A DNA stretch of 63,753 nucleotides, counting the filler, from Reclinomonas americana ATCC 50394 (taxonomy: Eukaryota), in assembly GCA_048213135.1 (NCBI GenBank). It is 14 parts of 14 records of this genome, joined end to end, with 100 filler letters (N's around TTAATTAATTAA, not from the genome) between each part and the next. Parts side by side here need not be neighbours in the genome. Positions count along the whole stretch, not along the records: positions 1 to 11,020 come from AFZH01019270.1; 13 more parts are not named here. One strand, written 5' to 3'. The position numbers were made by a program, and so were the translations under genes. A model generated the notes under the pieces. That model was not told the origin of the DNA. It was given only the letters and a program-made list of their open reading frames with translations, and ran no database searches. How positions within the stretch are numbered: the first letter of the stretch is position 1; every line of letters begins with the position of its first letter. Shown here in pieces: positions 1 to 11,120 of the stretch.

Positions 1-604
1 CTCGCCGAGCAGACGATGCGCTTCGTCGTCAAACTCAGGCTTCGACAGCTTGGCCAGCATGTAGTTCTTGAACAGCACCCAGTATTGCTGCGCGAAGAGG
101 GAAGTGAGACGAGAGAGAGACAGAGAGAGAGAGACAACTGCATTCTCAAGACGCACATTAAACACTTCCGCGCCCACCGCACTCCTCAACACACTCTTCA
201 GCTTATCCGTGTCCACGCGTCGCGCACCACCACTCGTAATGATCGCACTGGCCGGCAATCCCGCCGACGACGCCGCCAATGCACTCCCCTAATCCAATCA
301 TCATCATCATCAATGCACACACAGGCACACTCTCTCTCTCTCTCTCATTGACACATTGACTAACCGCTTGCGCTGCAGCAGTGGCCCGCGCCTGCGCCAC
401 CGACTGCTGCTGTTGCTGCACGTAGAGCAGTTGCTGGGCGGTGACTGGCGGTGGCGCCACACCCGCAATGCCCCACCACGCTGACGCAGGCAAGCTCCCG
501 CCGTCCTCATCCTCCTCCACCTCGCGGTCCTCCTCGTCCCCGCGCGCCACGTCGTCCACTGCACTCGCCACGTCGTGTGGTCGTGGTGGCGCGCCAGACA
601 ACAT
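1..604 (-). CDS. TADA1: SAGA subunit ADA1/TADA1-like protein, N-terminal part (runs off window), 3 exons
   Basis: Spliced translation ...QYWVLFKNYMLAKLSKPEFDDEAHRLLGE matches the SAGA-Tad1 N-terminal pattern (YW..LK.F..KLSK.EFD..A..LLG); ATG at 604-602. Confidence 0.7.
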
Positions 605-677
605 TGTGTGAATCGAAAACAACGAGGACACAAGGACGCGCGCTTCTTCTTCTTCTCACGTTGCTCTGCGTTGTCGC

Positions 678-1846
678 ATGGATCCTGTGGGTGTTGTTGC
701 GTGTCGCCTTTACACACACGCGCGCGCGCACTCGTTCTCCATTCGCATGACTCACGTCTCTCTCGCACACAGCGTCGTCTCTCGCAAGAGTACAAGGCCT
801 TGCAGCGCGATCCAGTGCCGCACATCGAGGCCGTGCCCAACCCTCGGTTTGTGTGTGTGTGCCTCTCACACACACACTGCACTCATCGCTCATTATCTCA
901 TCTGTGTGTGTGTGTGTGTCTCTAGTGACATTGGTCAGTGGCACTTTGTGTTCCACGGGCCGCCTGACACGCCGTACGCCGGCGGAGTGTATCACGGACG
1001 CATTGTGTTCCCGCGCAGATACCCATTCGAGCGTTCGTGATTTCGTGTGTGTGAGAGTAGAGTGAATGCCACGTGTTCTCATTCGTGTGTGCATGCATGC
1101 AGCGCCGGCCGTGTCGTTTGAGACCCCGAATGGACGCTTCCACACGCAGAAGCCCATTTGCTTGAGCAACACCAACTGTTGCGTTGTGTGCGCGCGTGTG
1201 TGTTTGTGCTTTGTTAGTTGCGATTGACGGCAGGAGTTGTCTCTCAGTTCACAAGGAGAGCTTCACGCCAATGTGGGGACCGCGCTCGTTGCTGCTCGGT
1301 CTGTTGTCGTTCATGCTGGAGAATACGCCGACGTATGGCAGCATCGACCTCACCGATGCGGAGAAGAGGCAACTGGCGCGTCAGTCGCTCGAGTTCAATC
1401 TGAAGAACAAGTCGTATCGCGACCTGTTTCCGCATTTGTGCACTCCGGAGGATGTGGCGGAGGCCAGTGCAGTTGCGTGTGGTTGTGTGGATGAGAGAGG
1501 GTGTAGTCGATTCTGTTCTTAACAGCGCGCGTGCGCACAGAGCTCGGCGGCCAGCGCGTCGACGACAACCACCACCACCACCACCACCACGACTACGGTG
1601 ACAACAGCCGCAGCAGGAGGAGGAGGAGGTGGAGGTGGAGGTGGAGGCAGTGGGGCGGCTGAAGGAGTCGCGGGTGACGCCGAGGGATCCGGTCGCGGCA
1701 GAGCAGCAGACGAAGTCGATGCAGACAAGCCACCAGCAGGGACATCAACCGCGGTCCGTGTGGTGCGCGGAGTGTCGCAAGTCGCTTTGCAGTTGTCTCT
1801 GTTTGTTGGTGTGTGTGCTGTGTGTGCCTACTTGTTGTGGTGGTAA
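678..1846 (+). CDS. UBE2J: Tail-anchored ubiquitin-conjugating enzyme E2 J (Ubc6 family), 6 exons
   Basis: [40 protein letters not shown]...ICLSNTNFHKESF with catalytic Cys, [11 protein letters not shown]-terminal TM helix ([21 protein letters not shown]). Confidence 0.9.
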
Positions 1847-2036
1847 AAGAGGAGGACAAGCGAGAGCGAAACTTTACCGGTCTGCGTCAGGTTATCACAC
1901 GCGTGCACCTTGTCTCATCTCGTCAGCCCCAACGCGCTTGCACACGAGCACGGTGTGGCGCCTTGGAAATCGGCAACTGTGCGTGAACGAATTTCCGGCT
2001 GTCGTGTGGCTCACTTGACAGGATTCGACACCAATC

Positions 2037-2128
2037 CAGACGGCTGGCGTATCTGGCTATGCGGACACCTGGCGTGGTCAGGAATGTCGGATGTCTGGCG
2101 TGGCCGGCAACGCGGACGCTTGGCTTGG
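2037..2128 (+). repeat. Four degenerate direct repeats (CRGAYNNYTGGCKT) with 25-26 nt period
   Basis: cagacggctggcgta, cggacacctggcgtgg, cggatgtctggcgtgg, cggacgcttggcttgg; GAY cores at 2039, 2064, 2090, 2115. Confidence 0.6.
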
Positions 2129-2152
2129 CTGGAAAAACTTGTCATAGTCGGC

Positions 2153-2160
2153 CTATAAAA
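2153..2160 (+). promoter_or_regulatory. TATA box
   Basis: CTATAAAA about 85 nt upstream of ATG 2245, followed by a pyrimidine-rich stretch. Confidence 0.5.
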
Positions 2161-2244
2161 CCGAACCCGACAAATAGGTTTGTGTATCTGTCTTTCCATA
2201 CTTCCACAAGAGAGCAAGCAACACACTTATCTTCATCTTCTTTC

Positions 2245-2502
2245 ATGTCGAGAAACGAGAAGCGAATGCAGGATGCAGCTGCTGGTTCCATGGTCGGTGG
2301 AGCAGTCGGGACTGCTTGCGCCATTGCAACGGGAGGACTCACTGCCCCAGTTGTTCCTGCTGCAACCAAGGCGGGAGCTGTAATCGGTGCTGGTGTCGGC
2401 GTGGTGCTCCACGAGACCCAGCGTACTCGCCATCACATTGGGCAGTCCATCAACAAGTTCTTCACGGGCAGCAAGAAGGGACTGTTCACTGGTTGGCGCT
2501 GA
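2245..2502 (+). CDS. Intronless 85-aa glycine-zipper protein with cationic C-terminus
   Basis: MSRNEKRMQDAAAGSMVGGAVGTACAIATGG...AGAVIGAGVGVVL...KFFTGSKKGLFTGWR; GxxxG repeats; TATA box upstream. Confidence 0.6.
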   Translation: MSRNEKRMQDAAAGSMVGGAVGTACAIATGGLTAPVVPAATKAGAVIGAGVGVVLHETQRTRHHIGQSINKFFTGSKKGLFTGWR

Positions 2503-2726
2503 TCGATCCTTTCACGATCGGTATCGATCTCTCTTTGTTGCTGATATCGATCGCATCGATCGCGATCGATATCGACCGAACGTGATCGCAGTGTGTGCTT
2601 GAACTCCCTTCCCTTCCAAGCTGCGAATGTACTTGTGCATGTTTTAAACACCCTTGCGCTGTGCAATCGCGACGTCGACTTCGCGACGATCGACATCGAC
2701 CTCGTCGACATCGATCATTCTCTTCC

Positions 2727-4629
2727 ATGGAGAGCGCAAAGCGCCCGAAGCCCAAGCAGCAGGCCACACTGGCGGCATTCGGCATTTTGCCAGTGAAGAG
2801 CTCCTCCTCTTCTTCTTCCTCTTCCTCGTCCTCTTCCTCCACCACCACCACCACTGTGCGTGATGCTCCGCCGAGAGAGAAAGGAGGAGGTCGCGCACCA
2901 TCGCAGTCCGTCGCCGCTCGAGCCGACCGCATTCGCCCAAGCGCAGCCAGTGCGGCTGCTGCCGGCGAGTCATCGGCATCTTCAGCATCATCAACATCGT
3001 CTCCCAACAAAGACCTGATCGACATCTTGTCGGAGCTCGCCGACATTGAGAAGAACAAGGGCGAGCGCTTCAAGATGGTGGCCTACAAGAAGGCGGCCAC
3101 TGCACTCGCCGCACTGCCGACGCGCGTTGCCTCGGTGCGTCGCTGTTTGTTATTGGTGGTGATCCATTCCTTGTTTGTTGTCTCTGATGATCGCTCGTGT
3201 GCAGGGTGCCGAGGCGGCCAAGTTGCCTGGCATCGGCAAGAAGATTGCCGAGAAGATCGACGAGATCCTCAAGACGGGTCACCTGCAAAAGTACGACGTT
3301 GCTGCTCGTGCCTCGTTTCACGCACTGTCTGACCCCACTCACTCGCTCGTGTAGACTCGATCGAGAGCGCTCGGATTCCGAGGTCATTGCCACTCGTGAG
3401 CTGACGCGCGTGTACGGCATTGGTCCGGTGATGGCCAAGAAGCTGTTCGAGCGTGGCATCTGCACACTGGACGATCTGCGGCAGCACCGATCCACGCTCA
3501 CCAAGCACCAGCAGGTCCGTTTTGCCGTCATGTCGCTTCTGCTTCTCTGTGCTGACACAGGCACATAGATCGGTCTCGATCTGGTGGAGGAGTTTGAGGA
3601 GCGGATACCACGCGCAGAGATGCAGGTGCTGGAGGCAGTCGTGCGCGAAGTGGCGAACAAGGTGTTGGGTGATGAGATCTTGGTGGAGAGTTGCGTGCGC
3701 CGTGCTCTCGTGAGGTCAGACTGCACCACAGTGACGCGTATTCCATGTCGCAGTTTGCGGCTCGTACCGACGAGGAAAGGAGTCGAGTGGTGACATTGAC
3801 GTGCTGCTGTCACATCCGAGCATCCAATCGCAGGGTCGTAGAGTCGGCGGCGGGCATGGAGCGACGTCGATGCTGACACGCATGGTCGACGCACTGCACC
3901 GACGCGGATTCGTCACGCACGATCTGACAGAGCGCGGCCCCAACAAGTACATGGGAGTGTGCATTAGACCAGAGCATCCCGAAAACCCCGACGAGCGGCG
4001 CATTCACCGACGCATCGACAGTTGCGTGCTTGTTTACTATGCAGTGGTCAATCCTCGCTTGTTCACACTTTTTTCTGCAGTTCGACTTGTGCCCTACGAT
4101 CGTGCGTGACCGCTGTGCTTGCTTTGACAGCAACGTATTCTAACATTTGGTGCAGAATTCTATCCGGCACTGCTGTACTTTACCGGCAGTGATGTTTCGT
4201 GTCACGCGTGTGTCTGTGAACAGTCGTCAGTCGCGCGTTGTTGATCATTTTCCCCACAGACTTTCAACGTCATGATGCGCAAGGTCGCACTGTCGCTCGG
4301 CATGACACTGAATGAGTATGCACTGGTGGGCATCTTGTTTTCTTCCTTCCCGTCTGTGACGCGCTGTTGACGTTGGTGTTATTCGTGGTGCAGTGCATGA
4401 CGGACGAGAAGGGGCGCGCGACGGTGCGTTGTGCAGTCCCTGTTGATTCTGGTGTCGATCTCACCCACCGTTCTTCACACGCAGGGCGAATGCTTGTCGG
4501 TGTCGAGTGAAGAGTTGCCTTAAACCCTCAACTACTCCCTGATACCTCCCCATCTCTCTCACATTTCACCTGCGCAGAGACATTTTCCGACGCCTCGGCA
4601 TGGAGTACGTGCCGCCCACCGACAGATGA
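2727..4629 (+). CDS. POLB: DNA polymerase X family, Pol beta-like, multi-exon
   Basis: 8-kDa lyase domain ([23 protein letters not shown]), Hh[58 protein letters not shown]; no BRCT seen. Confidence 0.9.
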
Positions 4630-4706
4630 GAGTGCTATTGAAAAAACATCACTGCGACTTTGTACTCTCACACATGCACACACACTCCCATTCCTTCCCC
4701 CCGACC

Positions 4707-6449
4707 TCATTCCACAGTGGTGGGGTCCCAGCAGAAATGCTGTCCCTCGTCGAGCTTGTCGACCTCGGCCAAGTCGTCGGCCGACAACTCAAAGTCCCAC
4801 ACATCAAAGTTCTGTGCGATGCGCTCGGCATTGCTGCTCCGCGGCAGCACCACTGCGCACGCGGGGGAAGCAGTCAGCCTACATGAACGATTGCATCTCT
4901 CTCGCACTACGACTCACTCACCGTTGCCTTGTTGGAGATTCCAGCGAATCAACACCTGCGCCACAGACTTGTGATGCTTCTTGGCAATGGCCTCCACTCC
5001 AGGCAGTGGTTCCGCCAGGAGCTGCAACGCGGGGAGGGTGAGTTCAAAACGTGGACAGCAACGACGACAAACAGCAAATCACCTGCCCGATGCCGAGCGG
5101 TGAGTATGCCTCCACGAGAATGTTGTGTTCGTGGCAGTACGACACCAGTGGCCTGGTCAAAGGGTGACGAGTGAGTTGTTTGAGGCAGAGAACGAGTGAG
5201 GACGAAGTGCGTGCACAACTTTTGCGTCAGCTTCGGGTGCAACTCGAACTGATTGACGGCGGGTGCGATTGTGCACGAGGCCAGCAACTCGTCCAGGTGC
5301 TGCGGCTCAAAGTTGGACACACCAATGGAGCGCGCACTGCACGAGGAGCGAGGTCAGCGTGTGCACCAACACGAAATCGCAACAACACACAACAGTACCG
5401 TCCACTGGCGTGGATCTCCTCCATCGCCGTCCACGTCTCGTTGCGCACCGTGGGAAGGTCCTTGCCACCAGGCGCCCTGCGACAATCACAGCGTGAGTGC
5501 AAAAACGAGTGGCGAGGAGCATTTCGCCAAGGAGTCCACCACACCGTCCACGCACACCTGCGCAGTGGAGGAATCAAGTGAGTGACTGCGTCAAAGGCTA
5601 CGTAGTTCGTGCCCGCTCACTAACCCGGCCAGTGCACCAAGTATAGATCCACATAATCCACGCCCAAGTTGCGCAGCGACTCATTGAAGGTCGAAATGGC
5701 CTTGTCATGCCTGCACGCAGCGGAAATTCACCACTGGTCAGCCGTGCCCATTCCCTTCCTCACTGAGAACACGCACACACACACACCCATGGCTTTGCGG
5801 CGGGAGCTTCGTGGTCAGGAAGATGTCCTCGCGGCGGAGGCCTGAATCTCGGATCGCACGGCCGACTGCGAGCTTGAAATAATGGGTCTCGGAACGAACT
5901 CCGACAACGACGACGACGCTGAAGAAGAGGAAGACTCACAGCGTACCTTCCGCCTCATTGCCATACACCCACGCCGTCTGGAAAAAACAAAAAAGAAATA
6001 CATACATACATTCAAACACATGCAGAATATAAATCATGCGCGGACAAGTTAATCACGCTCACGCAACATCAATGTGGCGATAACCGACGCGCAGAGCAGC
6101 CGCCTGCGCAAGACAATGAGGACAGCGCACGCACGACATGCTGACCAGGAGACGCGAGAGAGAGAGAAATAAAGGAGATTCGCACAATTATCTTTGTCTC
6201 TCTCTCTCTCACTCTTGACGCACCACTGCATCGTAGGCCGCATGACCAGTGATCTGCCACGTGCCGTGTCCCAGCACGGGGATGTCCACACGTTCCCGAC
6301 CCGGAACGCGACTCGGAGTCGAAATCGACAATGTCGGAGCTGAGGCAGCCTGTCACCAGAAAGGAGAAAAGAAAAGGTGAGGTGAGGACAACGTCAACAA
6401 AAGAGCAAGAGTGAGAAAGGAGAAGAGGAGAGCAGCGTTGGCTCACCAT
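4707..6449 (-). CDS. Aldo-keto reductase (2,5-DKG reductase/AKR5-like), multi-exon
   Basis: [86 protein letters not shown]; first coding exon is ATG only. Confidence 0.9.
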
Positions 6450-6520
6450 GAAATGGAATGAAATGCGAAAAAATGCAACGTGTCCTGGTGGGACGAGATA
6501 TCCACCACAGAAGACGGGTC

Positions 6521-9158
6521 ATGAGAAGAGCTGCCCTGCTCTTGGCAGTGGCACTGGTGCTTATATGTCACAGTGCGCTTGCTGTTGGCCCGCCTGCGCC
6601 ACCAGTGCAACAGCGAGTGCTGCGAGTTGCGTGTCTTTCTCTCTGTCACACGCGCGCTCTCTTTGCTCTCCACTGTCTCCTGAGAGGTCACTGCGCAGTT
6701 CATCTCGCGACACGTGGCCTCTGCGCGCACACTATGCGCCGCAGGACCACAACAGCGATTGCCATTGTCTGCGCCACAATCGTGGAGACAACGACAGGTT
6801 GAGTGGCGCTCTTCTCTCCCTCTCTCTCACACACACACACTCCCTCACACACACGGTCGTGCACTGGCAGATGGGTAGTGGCGCAGTGGTGCATGAGGTG
6901 ACTGCGCAGTTGGGCGACTCGCTGGCGCAGGTGACTGTGGCGCAGATAGGGCGCGAATACGATGCACCGTTGGAGTTTGTCGCACTGGATGCTGGAGGTG
7001 TGAGCGATGTGTGTCTGTTGCCAGCGGTGCACGTGGATGCTCGTGAGGACGAGGAGGAGGGCGAGGAGGATCTGCTCTTGCTTGCGGAAGAGGTCGTGAG
7101 CGAAGAGGAGGAGGAGGAAGATGACCAGGAGGAGGAGGAGGAGGATGATGCAGAAGAGGAGGATGTGGTGGCAGCAGAGGAGCAGGTGTTGGGCGCGCAT
7201 CCGTGCACGTGGGGTCCGTCGTATTGGTGCGCGTCGAGTGATAATGGAGCGCGCTGCGGAGGCGGCTTTGAGAAGCTGTGCGAGCGATATCGACAGGGAC
7301 TTGACACAAAGGAGGATGCCACGAGCGAGCTGGACCGACGGCGAAGCAAACTCGGGTGGCATCCGCATTCGGTGACCTCGCCACTCGTTGTTGGAGGTGT
7401 GTGTGTGAGACACTGTGACTTGCATGCTTGTGTCGTTGAGCTCATGTGGATGGCGGGCAGATGCCGAGGCGTATGTTGCTGGTGTGTGTGCGGACAACTC
7501 TCTCCATTGTGTAGCAGAGCTTCTTGCCTCATTCTGTTCTCCTTCCAACAGTGCCACCACCCACCGCGGCCTGCTCGCTCAAGTGTGTGAACGGCGGCAC
7601 ACTGCAAGCAGACAAGTGCCAGTGCCAGTGCCAACACGGCTTCGCGGGTGCCGATTGTGGATTCCAGCCGTGCAAGCGCACGTGCAAGAACGGCAGCACC
7701 CTCGATGCCGATCATTGTGTGTGCAAGTGCAATGCGCACTTTGTCGGCCGCTCGTGCAGTCGACCACGTTGCGTTGTGTTGTGTTGTGTTGTGATTTCCT
7801 TGCTCGTCATTGGTGATTTACGCCGTCTTCCCAAATAAAACAGAGTGCGAACTGGACTGCGCCACGGGAACCGTCGATCGCGACACGTGCACGTGCAAGT
7901 GTCCACCGAACCGCATGGGTCGCCGCTGCGACTACGAACGTGCGTCTCGCTTGCGCACCAACTCGCGCACAGTCGACGCCAACTGAATATACTCTTGTGC
8001 AGAATGCTCTGTCCAGTGTCTGCATGGCCAGCTCGACGCCGACAAGTGCGCGTGTGTGTGCGACGCCGGCTTTGAGGGCACGCAATGCGAGAAACCCAAG
8101 AGCGGTGTGTGTTTGCCTGCCCGTGGCGATGGTTTCGTCAATGTCCTCACACCACCATCGTCATGCAGGCACCGGGTATGTCGAGCATTCGAAGAAGAGC
8201 ATTCGTGGTGTGGACTTTGCGTGCCCCTCGTCGGCGTGGGCCGGCGACGGCCAGTGTTGGGTGGCTGCAGCGCAGGAGGCCGACACCATTCGTACTGCGC
8301 GTCTGTTGTGCAACGCCATTGAGAACTGTCGCGGATTCGTCGTCACTGGCGGTGCGCTCGTCCTCCTCCTTCTTCTTCTTACGTGTCTATTGAACTCACT
8401 TTCGGTTCGCATCTCAGTGGCGAGTGGCAAGACGTGGGCGATTCTGCTTGCCGCGCCTGGAATTCTGGTCGACGACAATCGTGTGCGGTCATTCATCAAG
8501 GAATGCAACCTGAAGTGCAAGGATTGCGTGGTCGACAATTTCCGGTGTCGCTGTTGCGTGCACATGCACCCTGTGTTACCTGCTACCCCGTGCTCTGCAG
8601 CTCACTTTTTCTGCACGCAGGCCCGTGCAAGGACGGCAGCGATGGCATTCAATGCAACGGATCAGGTCAGTCATATTGGTTCTCTCTCTCTCTTTTCCCT
8701 CTTCCCTCTCACCCGTCTTATCCGTCTCATCCACACAGCCGAGCCACCAATATTCTACCTGCCCGACTTGCCGCGCACACCGAAGGTGCTGTTGAAGCAC
8801 TCGGAGAATTACCGCCAGTACGCCGAATCGACGCTGGTGGCGGTCCCCAAGACCGACATGAAATGCCCCAATCTGGCGCAGTCGCGTGACGGCACGTGTT
8901 GGTTCAGCACTCGCGACGAGCACACGGCCAAGCGGCAGGGTGCTTACATTTGCAATCACATGAAGGAATGCCTCGGGTACACCGTTACTGGCAGTTGCGT
9001 CTTGCACGACACAGCGTCGCGTCGCAAATCGATTAACGACTCACTCTCTCCGCTGCTGCATCACAGGCGAAGTTCGCCTGTACGGCGAGGGTGCTACGGG
9101 CGAACCGGCAGTGGATTCCGACTCATTCATTAAGTTGCAAGCGGTGGAGAACGAGTAA
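6521..9158 (+). CDS. Secreted protein: signal peptide, acidic tract, saposin A-type motif, EGF-like repeats, two Cys-rich PAN/apple-like modules
   Basis: MRRAALLLAVALVLICHSALA; CTWGPSYWC (SapA); CVNGGTL..KCQCQCQHGFAGADC-type EGF repeats; CNAIENCRGF and CNHMKECLGY. Confidence 0.7.
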
Positions 9159-9290
9159 AAAAGCCAGCAGGCACACTTGTGTATAAATTACAGGACCAAA
9201 CAACAGGTGATGTGATAAAGAGAAACAAAAAACAAACAAACAGGCAAAACCACGCTCCATGAGCAACACACAGCATCATCCTCATCGTCA

Positions 9291-10993
9291 TCATCTGGCG
9301 GTGCGCATTGCACTGGCACGTCCACTGGGCGCACTGCTGGAATTTCCCGACGCCGCCGCCGTCGCCATGCCCGTGATTGGGATGATTTCACTGGTACACA
9401 AAAAAACACACACAGCGATGTGGTGAGACGACAACACAGAAGGGGAGGCGAATGGAGCAGGTACGCAACTCGGCAAACGAATCCGGTGAATTGACACGCA
9501 TGTTGGGCGACAAGCCGCGGCCACTGCGGATAATTCGCGATGAGACAAATATTATGTGCTCTCTCAAAGAGTGTGCATACGCAACGAGGCACGCGATTCG
9601 GGTCGCCGATTGGGTGCAATGGGCGACACAGCGATCTGTGCGGCGCCGCCAGCTTGCGGCGAAATCACCACATCCTGACCGGCGACATAAATATTACCGT
9701 CCTTGCCCTGGATGCGCTGCTGCGTGTGAATCACACGTGGTGACACGGGCGCCTCGTCGCTCTTTGGTTGCGGACTGGTGGTGCGCGCCGACGGTTCGTT
9801 CTCACCGCCGCTGTAGTACGTGTCATACACGCCCATGCGCTGCTTGCGGAAGAGCGGCGACGACCTGTGGACATGAATGAGACAATTGCCCGGGCACGTG
9901 TGCGCACTCTCTCTCTCTCTCTTCCCAACGCCAACCACACACCGATCAAATGGCGGGTTGTTGGTGACTGGTGCGGTGAAGAGCGACATGTCGGGCTGCG
10001 TCTGCGACTCGCGGCGGCGTGAGCCGGCCGAGCGCGGTCGCCCACTGGAACTACGAGCACTCGAGTCTCGTGCGCTGTGCTGTACGCGCGCATACGCACC
10101 CAGAACCAGCGGCGACGGTGGCAAGCGACCCATGGCGCCAGGTGCGTTGAGGTTGGGATCGACCAGCTGCGGTGCCGAGCGTTGGCACACCAGGCACTTG
10201 TACCGCAGTGCCGATGCTGCGCACAACAAACCAATTCAGCACACTACAGAGAGAGAGAGAGAGAGTGCCGCTTGACAGGGGGAGCACAAACCATCGGGCG
10301 ACTCATTCAGCGAGGTGTCGAGCGTCTTGGCCTCCGAAAGGCGCTTGGCCAGCAGGCGCACCTCGCCCTTGTCGGCCTTGGTATCGCGCAGTTCGCCGAC
10401 ATTGGCATCGAGCGTGCGCAGACGTATGCCGACATCCGGCGGCGGCATGTTCGCCAAAATGTGATCCACCACCTCCCGATCCGCCTTGCGATCCAGCAGT
10501 TCCGCATCACCCTTCAGCGCCAACTCCTTCTCCATCTCATCGCGCTCCGCCTTGCGCGCCAGCTCCGCCTTGAGCTTCTCCACCAGCTGCGGAATGTTGC
10601 CGAGCATCTCCAGGTGCTTGAACACTTGCTCGAGGATGCGCTGCTCCAGATCGGCCACCGTCGCATCCATGTCGTCGCAGCTGACCTTGCCGCCGAGACG
10701 CACCAGCAACGAGTGGAACGCCGGCAACGAGTGCGTGTAGGCCACCGCAGCCGCATTGGAGCCCGGCGGCAGCGTTCCATCATCGTCAGCATCGCCTCCA
10801 GGGCGACGACCGCGTTGAATGGCCTGTACGCCGAAAAAAATGAGTGCCAAAGACCAATCCATGAACGAAGAGAGAGATATCGAACCTGGTCGGCTTTCTG
10901 CACATTAACGCCCAGCATATCGACCAGCACCCGGGTCTGCATCTCCGTGGCCTCCTCCTGCTGCTGCAACACCGACAGCGAGTCCTTTTGCTG
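9291..10993 (-). CDS. Coiled-coil protein with KAD/KAE repeats and C-terminal CxxC motif (QRICH2/DUF4795-like), 5'-truncated by gap
   Basis: KAERDE, KADREV, KADKGEV repeats followed by ALRYKCLVCQRS; consistent GT-AG splicing to stop at 9291. Confidence 0.55.
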
Positions 10994-11020
10994 ACCCACC
11001 GCAGCGCGAAGCTACACACA

Positions 11021-11120
11021 NNNNNNNNNNNNNNNNNNNNNNNNNNNNNNNNNNNNNNNNNNNNTTAATTAATTAANNNNNNNNNNNNNNNNNNNNNNNN
11101 NNNNNNNNNNNNNNNNNNNN
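11021..11120. other. Artificial gap spacer N44-TTAATTAATTAA-N44 (also at 13123, 16746, 22633, 24893, 28100, 40611, 44301, 48336, 50750, 54982, 58866, 62424)
   Basis: Identical 100-nt block 13 times; the core has stop codons in all six frames. Confidence 0.98.

Noticed and set aside
1178..4080. Reading the shifted donors as non-canonical G|TT...AGN introns
   Set aside because: It would turn conserved RIDIRL into RIDSRL, EICGS into ESCGS and NFH into NCH; GT-AG boundaries keep the motifs
6104..6145. Possible 6-nt microexon CATGTC in an AKR intron
   Set aside because: The downstream intron would be only about 31 nt, far below the sizes seen, and the protein does not need it
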